Below are positions 12,001 through 19,500 of a DNA stretch of 64,000 nt, piece after piece. The notes beneath the pieces are model-generated. The model was not told where the DNA came from and did not search any database. It was given only the letters and a program-made list of their open reading frames with translations. The translations under genes and the position numbers were made by a program. How positions within the stretch are numbered: the first letter of the stretch is position 1; every line of letters begins with the position of its first letter. The DNA is from a virus: positions 1-64,000 of IMG/VR virus record IMGVR_UViG_3300020442_000017. One strand, 5' to 3'.

Positions 12001-13386
12001 CTTATCACTGATGATCCTAGCACTAATGCACAAGGAACTTCAATCCTACCAACAATTTATAATTCTGCATATCCTGCTGGAACATATCCTAATGGTGGTA
12101 GAGGTCAGGAAGATACAGGAGTTGGTGGTGCCACTGGTGGAACATGGAACGCAGGTGCTGTTGTTGTTAAACTCAAGAAGTTTACTGAGACAACATCACT
12201 TATCAATCCAATTCCTGCAACTGGTAGAACCGCTGTTGAATCACCAAACCAAAATGGTAATAAGATCAGAGTAAGACTAAAGAATTCTAATCTTGTTTCT
12301 GACAAATTAGACTATGTTCAGTTCCTCAAGTTTAAGACTGGTACTGATGTTGAGTGGTTCTATCCTGATAGTATTGATGGCAATGCTGATCAACTATTTG
12401 GTGTAAGAACATCTAAGTCTACAAGACTTGATTCTAGTGGCAACTTCCTTGCTACTGGTACTCACACCAGATACTTTGGTGGTGGTGCTCTCAAGGTTCA
12501 TGATCATGTTGAAATGATTGGTGGTAACCTCAGAATGTATGGTTCTGATGGTGAAACTCTAGTCTTCAACGTATCTAACGATGATGACCACTTAGGTGAT
12601 GGTGCTGTCCTTGACGAAAAGACAGGCGTCATGGGTATGTACGTCAATGGTGGAGCAATGGTCGGTGGTGATCTTAAGGTCATCTATGAAAATTGTCAAA
12701 CCAATGGACAATGTAGCAAAGACATCAAATTCCAAGCATTTGGTTCTGATGGTTCTGTTAACATGGGTGAGAAACTTTACATCAAGGGTCAAGTTTCTGC
12801 TGGTGGTAACTCACAAGAACCAATCTTACATATTGATAACCTCGGTGCTGCTGGTAATGCTACAACAGGACCAAGAGACTTTAAGATTTATCAAGATTGT
12901 TCAATTGATGCCTTTGGAATCGCTCGTTACTTCACTAGAAACGGTGGTCGCAGATATACATATGTTGAGCAGTCACTTACTGGTATTGGTCAAACACAGG
13001 CAAACCCACTACAACCTAATAACAACTATCTAATTAATACAAGCACTGGTTCTAACATCGTAATGTATCTACCTGAATATGCAGAAACAGGTGACATGAT
13101 TAGATTCGTTGAGGTTAGTGGTAACCTAACATATAATACAAGTCTAGTAATCAGAGCACTTAAAGTGAACAACGTTCCAGTTGCAATCCAAGGTGATACA
13201 TCTGGTACTAAGATTCAAGCAGGTGCTGGTCAAATGACTACTGCATGGGACAGTGGTGAATTGGTCGTTCAAACTAGAAACGCATCCTTCGGTCTAATTT
13301 ATGTTGGTCCTACTGATGCCGCTGGTGATCCTAATGCATCTACAGTTCCATCCAATCTACGTGGATGGTGGTTAACCGAACTCTAA
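1..13386 (+). CDS. Giant virion structural/fibre protein (5'-truncated, >4460 aa) with 5 phycobiliprotein-like helical modules and 8 YPR-D-P beta modules
   Basis: Frame 1 is open from position 1 (STWGICGIWANGLKATGFKSMV...), so the TTG at 37 is not the true start. Thr/Gly/Asn/Asp-rich, with internal repeats and a C-terminal GWWLTEL typical of cyanomyovirus giant structural proteins. Followed by collar genes. Confidence 0.85.
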   Translation, partial: STWGICGIWANGLKATGFKSMVIAQYTGVSLQKDDRAFIRYDEFTNTFNQASLKDAFATVPYHTKGDAFWKDDWRNFHVRASEDAFIQCVSIFAVGFADHFLMESGGDMSITNSNSNFGNTSLHAIGFKGFAFNQDKGGYLTDIIPPKIVEEVGNSKKQAYYTIDVQASNDQGNHTKLYLGDDNAYVPTERPAATIGGYRIGAKSDEKIYVKLSPRTTGGNSEFNATLTPNGFKKFTATPDILNPNAAQVNNKAQDAANLIEANKEFIAYEAYGYITAKYPALLVKQSIQIVKCRRDIGYLLDATIQDLRLGGNINTIQAAESYYVKSGGTDSLSYINNELQETLEGYYYARDLAIAALRNYSYKRTGVETTAGNSIIKVGDSSGIVPGMTVADYAPSEFENAQGTQTNDLKNGATRPAQPVIPDNTFVKRIVDATTVELGQRATTSVKQVVADRNGDARELILANKTFIATEAYERMLLDYPNYTPSTGYNATTGKAKCIDDLEKAIEAVAENTAFGGNADTWDAAYYYDSGAVQDLAAKKDETITAFNYCKDMAIQVMRKEDVFIFGTHGLTQSTVTPNDPVTEEQGELVNDRNGDARNLILANKNLIAHEAVQRMILESSTDQFTPTGAVYDPTAGDLTLTISQHGLTGADSYTVQSADYDPVSGKLTVTIPNHSFGNGERVKFDDNSLTFTCSQDSNATNHTYPRVSDPVSNKWLQISHVTTNTFEVNVGDTLDGNYTHTFVSAVTNGLKRAADSVRFDYNSFTFTCAMDSSEQKTYPRIGDPAGGRVLPISTTTADTITVAVGKSLLVDHDVTTADYDPNSGELTLDIGAHNLSVGTSIKIPNNALSFKCAQDNFTAVKTYPRAGVDPYADKAIKIEKVGSSFHTATDGAYNPTTGDLTITIPNHGFANGSRVRLADNSFTFTCAMDNYATEHSYPREGDPASGEFLDVSNVTTNTFTVNVGPAGSTQQFTPTNASYDSASGELTLTIAGHGLGIGEGVVIADNALSFTCNMDGNDSTKTYPRTNKDNASSRSLSIVKKTTDTITLNVGNAGNNKTFTPTTGSYNETTGALDLNIGQHGLAVGSNIVLKDNSIRFTCDKDGNQSVESYPRPQVDPFAGKSIEITDVAYTESTATGATYNPHNGDLEITVPSHGFTGPQEFTPLVGQTAYDAATGVLTLQIPNHGLQNGEYIRIKDNSLTFTCTKDSDATNHTYPRATDPASNKDLVVSNATQSTFEVNIGPAGGYGQYVHTFVSAATGAVTAGGDYIQVADNSLSFKCSLDGDTSAKAYPRTGFDLPSGRWLQIRSTTANTFVVNVGKSSNLSTHTFDSAVANGIRKQTGVITVNVGFDSNTNNQYTHTWDSALADAVEFTPQSTHTFVSAVSNSVSHAPDAAHTFKRAATGGVARQNGTITVNVGAAAPADRYIHVWAGGTATGAVKSGGNYTHAWVSSGNDSVHKVFSIAGNRNYHDQDCVDDAVDVLEAVADNVAFGGNDKTWDAAYSYKTGAHVAGEETETNEVFRHAKEMAGQVIKNQKILRIGNHGISQVYDTTITEDDPTSVDNKSGDAYNLLIDNAAFIASEAYDRMIFEFPDFTPPTGNPQDCKDDIKDFVVEIAHNVGFGGNDRVWDMSNLYVSGAHVVGEEAQTLKAFEDAKEIMVQVARNEKVLVSGSHGKTQAFDNTITVDASTPVNNKVADARDLILANKNFIAEIALGRMLAQYSNYIPAQGYTTNDCLDDLKDVVDVVAHNLAYGGNDRVWDAALLYNAGAHASGTENETVYAFNQVRDIIRQVIVNDTVTVDGHTALSQSTDTSITNGVANGDCDQAKATVTTLVSILTNAINTPSSLYGITRTESSSKCVAVVSTINTLYDIVKNSITTPESLQSVTRTVGGGKCDNIRSTINTLFGIVTSTVANGSALNSITRNISNGPCQEVASTVTTLFGIITNSISTAGYLDTIDKTEIPLGLTLGQSVNANSTTTDTYLWFQWPTTGGVADDGIYTDKKPVIDPFFNNDPANVGNQDTSYPECANEASAVRQYFTNIGTIIQSGLGSVDRNEPTSSSALSRRATIWTLTDTSKAPANQSDPHKFETGTPVRLVPRPKAGKTVDKRNVRLPNGFDTNTEYYVIAPGRETNPQDFSTTTSFNGLQQDVLMLASSKENAAAGIYLHSQEVNGIHPDIEIDLYQFTIDDSYDLHQYVCVLVNNGIQTDVSHIFDLPKANVPEGHQVFFRAAPGKDMPTVGGTDANDPAVAEQSGVNIGKLRGDVFFWARYITPKVFKIYRSHADAISDVNSIDLTSSANIGFNVFANKRTSPMRYDPSFINPAVSDKGKWFLQVEPNSSGAPATSQEILARLHDAEYNDASGNTKTNDTWYTRLKDDRVPDDRIYRLRYVIPSYLKSVRDPLNGFTIKMRKDETRKLLPQRIVLKPASGNAVTKAVFNNTTDSGQANEIIGMTAAQFANPGGNQNALDTSKRYDPYRKDLTGGGKEYQAYIRTDSTIQATIQSGRYFIDGVSGDELLELTVFDPEIDSQVPALKNETLTSVKITAPQGGSFVSNTANPVSGYFQNTKVEWDGNDKGTGYIHAALNVPGTTTWHLILKGISGTLDYSSTEDTRFTQVQGSTVVFADQLQDPDDGKSLELKELIRKGYPQYYYKEKSSNVYTLTPGDTITDQAGNQYYIDSVNDIGEIEDTFYIFDVETIQRRIFEQQDGIYYLTAVRGNVSPFPTGAGNLGNFRNFKFSQPISKLYPLNYKNDPVWFKQLDPNFVDPPATFSAADNYVHGLVTVNDFKGSITKESIIDIIESPALSNNTYTGSNVVQAQAGNAASGSEDRKIPIAGDNTVVVDQRLYVELRRPSIARAGNHTFEYLGFGPGNYSTGLPARQDVILTTTQDFYAQSKKQDGGLVFYTGLNSNGDLYIGNRKIDAITGEEVFLESAQLVDSEDPDDLIDSLVTTFDTPVTFNQNITVNGGDEGKLVNTFNSPVTVNVASGLGLNSLTILSTVNPNATPVGDDETLDRSAQQGNQMTNGDIVLNKNMIAASIFQFNPRGSNGFAQGYKIQNHVVASEGSNATPSQSATDKDYFDNTQVVRYGTNGPLPVPGDILLKGDSVGASGSIGWIYANSYYVLGDQTANNPDQVFNVVFDGSNLVRINWKNAKQNDSFGPKITSATKIRIKNCSVPQLNGVFSVDPNTFSSTNDYIKIVIGANVTNSPIVWNNEVNASMEYADTSWKEWGVLGSEAIRTETSTLTDYRVGINTVARSSNTDAWKTSFVNTSTIPKANLDVEGNGIITGYSIAYATGNRSAMENAFVVGTATPNDLTQSSVFRINAATNRVGINVSDDGTGSTQLDRTLVVNGNGRFTNDVKFEQDIDVNGGGPGAANTAEIRTSITDGTFEFIMDNTFVGQHDAYASSVGGSNGFKMAGYAKNIEFGNEQSAIQEFEIGNKANKSFVDLGATPDGDGTNAHISRISIGGAFDSTETDSYTQINNKELKIAGDILLGQVKDKATGTNTTRRGAGDTAFFRSTASKVSLLGDNSATTIVDFATNASQLTIAGQGGSTRIRNNTTVDATLRVNSDIILCGGLNNFSFTADRKQAGSKSIIAHTNGILGNNLYNKNVDILDVLRVNAPTTTPVGNKSAYNRIDTGGSGTWGDATYSQAIPQAGLPALPTGQYYLPLKFSPFNNVTTANPDGDQYFNENDILLIDSAETATGHAEFVKIVSLPRIVSTNAPYYIVVTRQPFGSFTNISTTHADTTPIYKVTVQLDSTWITSDIDQSAGNKTINLSQFGGSLDVADYVIISREDGTPANDGVDDEGEIFKLTTVINAVAKKLSVKKGCDSASEKTVFEVDSITGSVTIGDGTENTNTLINGSLAIKGKCSASDNVYPSTDFANNSKFTLSNQELPVFSVDICTGDTVVGQAAGTVFVVGQYYGSTAAAHDETTVVTSYVYDATSLQANGAITTLANAVGTGDYDIPISSNVDAFQKDDMIAIIDGDSNIEILLITDDPSTNAQGTSILPTIYNSAYPAGTYPNGGRGQEDTGVGGATGGTWNAGAVVVKLKKFTETTSLINPIPATGRTAVESPNQNGNKIRVRLKNSNLVSDKLDYVQFLKFKTGTDVEWFYPDSIDGNADQLFGVRTSKSTRLDSSGNFLATGTHTRYFGGGALKVHDHVEMIGGNLRMYGSDGETLVFNVSNDDDHLGDGAVLDEKTGVMGMYVNGGAMVGGDLKVIYENCQTNGQCSKDIKFQAFGSDGSVNMGEKLYIKGQVSAGGNSQEPILHIDNLGAAGNATTGPRDFKIYQDCSIDAFGIARYFTRNGGRRYTYVEQSLTGIGQTQANPLQPNNNYLINTSTGSNIVMYLPEYAETGDMIRFVEVSGNLTYNTSLVIRALKVNNVPVAIQGDTSGTKIQAGAGQMTTAWDSGELVVQTRNASFGLIYVGPTDAAGDPNASTVPSNLRGWWLTEL

Positions 13387-13390
13387 AGAT

Positions 13391-15061
13391 ATGGCACAAT
13401 TCTACAATTCAATTAAGTCCATGAAATCCGCTCGCATCGGCACTATCATGCCGTGGGGCGGTGATGGTAACGAGGGATTTACTGCTGCTAACTTACCTAA
13501 AGGGTGGATTGTATGTGATGGTCAGTTAAAAGATGCAATTGATTTTCCTTTACTTGCATCTGAACTTGGCAACACTTATGGTGGGGATTTAAATGGAGAT
13601 TTCCCTAACTATTCTGGTCAATTTAAACTTCCTAGTATTGGAAATAAAGTTTTGATTGATCTAGAGAAAAGTTATCTAAATGACGTTAAGTATCAAAGTG
13701 GTCAAGCAAATGCTTCACAAGTAGTTGGTCATCTCATAGGGGATGGTAATGGTGATGATATAGCAACTGACTTTGGTCCTGATGCTGTTCCACCAACATA
13801 TAACGCATTTGCTGATATTGATTTTACTTTTAATAATCCAAATATTCTATTAGCAGGTAGATTTACAGGACAATCAATCAGTGCTCCAGACTTCTTTACT
13901 AGTATTAGTACAATTAATAGAAAATTAGGCATCAATCATACACCACAACACCAGCATACAGAAAATTTTGAAAGTGCTATTGCTGGATTTGTTGGACCTC
14001 AAGTTTTTGATACATCTGAAGTTGTTATTGGTGGTAGTGATAGTCACCCTAATGCATGTAGTAGTCAGATTAAATCTAGAAATAATGAATGTGAAATCTC
14101 AGGTGGTAACGCAAAAGCACCAAGTTGGCAAAATGGTATTACCTTTGTATCATACTACGGTGATGATGATCATGAACATACATTACCATTAGCGAGTAAA
14201 TTTCATGAATTTTTGAATGATCCTGGTACAGATTATTGGTCGGCAGTACCAGCACCATCATGGCATAGTGGCACTCCAACAAGAAATAGTCCTCAAGCAG
14301 CTACACAAACTGTAAATAGACCTGCTGTAGGATCTTACACTGACGCATTTACATATGAACCATTTGATAATGATCCTGCTACAAGCACAAAACCAAATCA
14401 TTATCATCCAGCATGGGGTGGTCACCATCCAAGACCAGCAATTAATAGTAATTTAAGAAATTATTACGGTGCTTCTACTGGAGTAACTTTAGGTGGTCTT
14501 CCTGATCATCCAGAGGGACCAGGTGGGCATTTCACTGTTACTGGTGTTGTACTCACTGCTAGTAGTGATGAAATTGTATTACCAGTAGGCACAGATATTA
14601 GAACTACTAAAGTAGAGGGATCAGAGACATATTATATTGAAGATAAAATTCGTGCCTTTAAAATGATTACTGGTCCAGGTATTGCACCAGGCACTCATGT
14701 TACCAAAGTTACCAGAACAGGTAGTGATGTCTCAAATTATATTTACACACTTGATTTGAGTGAAAATACATTAGATACAGTTCCTGCTACTAGTACTCTT
14801 GTTTTTAAAGAAGGAACATTCCCATCTACTGTGAATAATATTGGATCTATGGATCCTAATGATTCAACATTCAATTCACATAATCATGGAACAATTGATT
14901 TACAAATGTCTGGTGGATCTCTAAAACCACCACCAACATTTGCTGTTGGTAACGTTGGACTAGGTAATGTTGTACCACAGAGCGAGGACAATGCACTAAA
15001 TATTACAGTTACTGTCTCACAACCAGCAATGGCAACAGTGTATATAATTAAGGCATATTAA
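13391..15061 (+). CDS. Tail-collar domain fibre protein 1
   Basis: IGTIMPW..LPKGWIVCDG..FPLLASELGNTYGG..FKLP collar motif; HTPQHQH and HNH triplets; C-terminal QP..VYIIKAY. Confidence 0.85.
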   Translation: MAQFYNSIKSMKSARIGTIMPWGGDGNEGFTAANLPKGWIVCDGQLKDAIDFPLLASELGNTYGGDLNGDFPNYSGQFKLPSIGNKVLIDLEKSYLNDVKYQSGQANASQVVGHLIGDGNGDDIATDFGPDAVPPTYNAFADIDFTFNNPNILLAGRFTGQSISAPDFFTSISTINRKLGINHTPQHQHTENFESAIAGFVGPQVFDTSEVVIGGSDSHPNACSSQIKSRNNECEISGGNAKAPSWQNGITFVSYYGDDDHEHTLPLASKFHEFLNDPGTDYWSAVPAPSWHSGTPTRNSPQAATQTVNRPAVGSYTDAFTYEPFDNDPATSTKPNHYHPAWGGHHPRPAINSNLRNYYGASTGVTLGGLPDHPEGPGGHFTVTGVVLTASSDEIVLPVGTDIRTTKVEGSETYYIEDKIRAFKMITGPGIAPGTHVTKVTRTGSDVSNYIYTLDLSENTLDTVPATSTLVFKEGTFPSTVNNIGSMDPNDSTFNSHNHGTIDLQMSGGSLKPPPTFAVGNVGLGNVVPQSEDNALNITVTVSQPAMATVYIIKAY

Positions 15062-15062
15062 T

Positions 15063-16568
15063 ATGGCATCTTTATATTCAAAGGAAAGAGGTAAGTATGG
15101 TAATATTTCAGGGCAGATAATTATTTGGCCTGTTGAGATTTCTGGATCAATTGATGCATCAGATGCAAAAAGAGATTTACCAGGTGGATATTTAAGATGT
15201 GATGGTAGCATTTATAATGCTGTTGATTTTCCACAACTTGCTGCAATTTGTGGCACAGGAGAAACTGGTAAATTTGTCAGAAGAAATCTTGCTGGTGAAG
15301 CATTACAATCAGTGAGTGATGAACAATTTGTAGTACCAGATCTAGGATCTAAATATCCAAAACCAACTGGTAGTGCAGGTGGTGGTGGAGTATATCAAAA
15401 TATTAGAGTTGTTACAGCATCTAACGTTGAAAAAAGTCGTTCTGGCATTGGTATTGAAGCAGAAGCAATTGCTGCTCAAGATGGTATAATTAATGTTGAA
15501 TATACTGGTAGTTTTGTTGTCCCATCTGCTGAAATGCCGATGAGAGGGAGACCAATATGGACTGTTGGTACAACATCTGGTAATAAGAGAACGGAAAGTG
15601 AAACAGTTGATTCTAGTGCATTGCATGGACATATGCACTTTCATACTGGTGTTAGAACCAGATTGAAAGCTAGAGCAGAAGTTGATGAAAATAGTCCTAG
15701 CACAGTCTTAGATCCAGCACCACAAGGTCCAGTTGGATTGCAGAATGCTTCAACAATTCCTTTACATAAATGGATTGTTGCTACTTCAGATCCAACTACA
15801 AATAATTGGCCAGGTAATAAACAGAAACCATGTAAAGCGATTGCATCAAACAAAAGACAATCAAAAGCTCATGGTGGAGAGGGTAAGTTTGGTTACACTA
15901 ACTTTAACACAACTCCTCTTGCTTGGAGTAATGCATGTATTAATAATAACCAATCTATTGTAGATACTTGGAAATATTATTGTTTATTACCAAACGAAGA
16001 TTATCTTGAAGCAAATTTTGTGAATACAGAAGGTGGTGGTGATCCAAAACGGGCATGGAAAAATTATCCAATCAGTAGTAATACAGGTGCATATAATTTA
16101 TCAGGTGATACTTCAACTCAATTTTCTCTTGATGTGGCATTAAATCTTGTTCTTGGTTGTCTAATGACAACGACGGATGATAAGAAACAGAAATCGGTAG
16201 ATATTGATGCTGCTTATATACCTAATGGTCCTGGTGTTCCAGATGACTGGAAAGACACTAGTTGGGCAGATTCAATGCCATTCCAGATGAATGATCTTCA
16301 TCAATTTGCTGGTCAAGATGTATCTCCTGCTACGATTAATGAGTTTACTCAAACCAATCCATTATATGGAGGTGCAGAAGATCCAACAGAACATTTCCAC
16401 AAAGTTGATCTAGAAAAGGAAGATCATACATATGTTTTGAAAACAGATTCTACTGAAATTTCAGCAGATCTATTAAAAACACAATTACAGTTATCTACAG
16501 ACGATGCAAGGTCAGTAGATAATGTAGTGCAACCATTTATTGTTTTAGAATACTTAATTAAGATTTGA
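15063..16568 (+). CDS. Tail-collar domain fibre protein 2
   Basis: GQIIIWP..LPGGYLRCDGS.YNA.DFPQLA..FVVPDL; HGHMH; C-terminal VQPFIVLEYLIKI. Confidence 0.85.
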   Translation: MASLYSKERGKYGNISGQIIIWPVEISGSIDASDAKRDLPGGYLRCDGSIYNAVDFPQLAAICGTGETGKFVRRNLAGEALQSVSDEQFVVPDLGSKYPKPTGSAGGGGVYQNIRVVTASNVEKSRSGIGIEAEAIAAQDGIINVEYTGSFVVPSAEMPMRGRPIWTVGTTSGNKRTESETVDSSALHGHMHFHTGVRTRLKARAEVDENSPSTVLDPAPQGPVGLQNASTIPLHKWIVATSDPTTNNWPGNKQKPCKAIASNKRQSKAHGGEGKFGYTNFNTTPLAWSNACINNNQSIVDTWKYYCLLPNEDYLEANFVNTEGGGDPKRAWKNYPISSNTGAYNLSGDTSTQFSLDVALNLVLGCLMTTTDDKKQKSVDIDAAYIPNGPGVPDDWKDTSWADSMPFQMNDLHQFAGQDVSPATINEFTQTNPLYGGAEDPTEHFHKVDLEKEDHTYVLKTDSTEISADLLKTQLQLSTDDARSVDNVVQPFIVLEYLIKI

Positions 16569-16571
16569 TCA

Positions 16572-19500
16572 ATGACGATTTCACCTGCTCCATCATATAG
16601 AAATACCAGACAGAATTATTATACAGATAAAGCATCTGATAATCATCCTCTAGGTGCCATTGTCAATACATTCAAAGCAATTACTGATGTATATGATAAT
16701 CAATATACACCATTAACTGCTTATACTGCTGTTAGTGGCAATGCTAATACCCCTACAAATCCTGAGTACCAGTATCCTGGTTACTTATATTGTGATGGAT
16801 CTGAGTATGAAATTAGTGATTTCCCTGCATTATATTCTATCATTGGTAATGATTATGGTGGAACTCCAAGACCAGGTATTAACCTAATTAATGGTGGTAG
16901 TGGATATAGTAGTGGAAGTGGATCAACAATCTACACACAGATCGGTCTTGAGAGTTATACTCAAACACATAATGCACCAATTCTGTTTACTCAGACAGAA
17001 GATGATACAGTAGGCGGTGGTAATCAATTCACTTGGTTGACTGATTATCACAATGCTATTAATGCAATTTCTGCTAATGCTCCATCAACTCTAACATCAG
17101 TTCTATATGGAGGACACGAAGGGTTTACAAAACAAACAGCAGATGGTCAACTACTTCAGACTGCAATTAGATCTGCTCTTGGCAATTCAAATGCTGGAAC
17201 TACTGCTATTACTGCACCCACACCGTTTACTATCACTCCAGCAAATAATCAATCAGCTACTATAAATGGTACATCTTACCCAGTTATGGGTAGATTGTAT
17301 GTTCCTACAAGTCTAGGCAATTCACTTGATGTTGTAGTTGCATTCCATGGAACTCTTGAGGAGAATCCTAACGGTCCAGATATTATTGATGCAGCATTTA
17401 CAACGCTTCAGCAACTTACCAATCAAAATACTGTTAATCTAAGAGATAAGATTATCTTCTCAGTTGCATATCCTCAGGATCATATTTCCAACACAAGACA
17501 GTTTAATCTAGGTGGTGTTGGTACAGAGTCATCAACATTCTTGATGGGAGATAACTTACCTTGGGCAAGAGCAGCAGTTAAGTGGGTTCAGAATGATTTA
17601 AATGCTTATATTGCAGCACAGGGTGGTTCTGTAACTATCAACGATGTTTATCTCTTTGGTCACTCTCAAGGTGGTAAACTTGTCTCTAAGATTAACACCT
17701 TAGATACTGGCATTACTGGTGTAGTTGCAAATGCTCCTGGTCCTATTCAGTTTGATCAAACTTGCTCTGTAGCTGCAAATGCAGCAGGTACAACTTGCTC
17801 AAAAGTTTCTGCAATTCATGGTCCTGTTGGTACTGGTGGTACTGGCACTACAATTACATTTGATGCCGCACCAGCTGGTGGACAAACTATTCAAGCAACT
17901 TTAGTAGTTGATCCTAGTGGTACAGTTATTGGTGTAAATCCAACTAATTTAGGATCAGGTTACACTTCAGAACCATCATATACTATTAATAATGCAGGTG
18001 GTGGTTCTGGTCTTCAATTAGAAGTTAATCTTAATGATGATGGAGCAATTGAATCTATTAATCAGGAGAATGTATTTAATCATTGGGGTGAATCTAGAAG
18101 TTTAGGTACGTTTAAAGTACCTGATCTTAAGACTAGAAAAGTTGTTGGATATGGTAATGTTTATGGAGCTGGAACTCCTAGCATTGGTTTGATTACACTT
18201 GGTGCTGGTGGTAACAATGGTATCGTCAAGCAGGGTGGATCATGGTATTTTGATAAACAATCTCAAACAGGATATTTCTCTCTTGGTTCAATCACCACAA
18301 CTGGTTATAGTGACATTAAAGATGATGTATCAACACGTATAATTGGTAGTCAAAAGGTGCATGTCACAATGGAGCAAAGAAGAATTCAACGAGTACCCGA
18401 TCATACTCATTTCATTTATCATACAGCAGCAGATACAACTTTCCAGTTTCGTAGTGCTATCTCTGGTGATAGGTACTTAGTTGATTATAGTAATGCAAAT
18501 GCACGTTTATTAGGTTGGACACCTATTGGTGGATTACATTTCCGTCATAAACATGGTTTATCTAAATCACCTATCGCAGAAAGAGAAACTGCAACATATG
18601 ATGTATTTGACTGGAGAGGTGGTGCTGAAGGAACTGGTAGTCTTAAATTCACAGGACCAGATTATTATTTCGCATCGGGTGGTTCTTCATCTGGAACATG
18701 GGAAACAGTAACAGAAACTGCACCATCTATGTTCAGAACATTTGTTGGTAACCCACCACCAGGTACAGGTTCTGTTATTGGTAACAGAGAAATTAGAACT
18801 GGTGGTAAAGAAATTCTTACTTACGTTCAGGATAACGTATATACTGGTAATTCATCTATTTCATTCCCACCAGCTTATAAAGTCATGGAAGTTGAAATCC
18901 ATGGTGGTGGTGGATCTGGTAGTGATGGAACACAATCAGGTAATGATGGTAACCCTGTAAACTTTAAAGTTGTAGCAGGCAGCACATTAGTTGATATTAC
19001 TGCTAATGGTGGAGAAGGAGGAGGAAAATCCAATAATTATACAAGTGGTGGTGCTGCTGGTACTGTCACAAAGGCAGGTAGTAATGTAAATAAGGGAGAT
19101 TTCACCTTTGACCAAGGAGTGGATGGAACTGCTGGTCAAATTGGACCTGGTGCAAATGGTAAGTTTCCTGGCACACAATATCCAAATAATCCTGGCCAAG
19201 CAGGTACTGGTGGTGTTGGTTTACATGATAGTGGAAATTATGGTGGTGGTAGTGATGGTGTTCATACACAATTAGGTGGAACACCAACTTCAGGATCAGT
19301 GAATGTTCAAGCTGGAAGTCAGCAGACCGTAAATCTATCAACAACATCAGAATTTAGTGAAATTAAATTCATTATTAGAGGTGGTGGTGGTGCTGATTCT
19401 CAGCAAGGAACTAGTCCATCATTTACTACGTATAATAATGTGCGTGGTGGAGTTGGATCACCTGGCACAGTAATGACACTTGAATGGAAGAATCCTGAAG

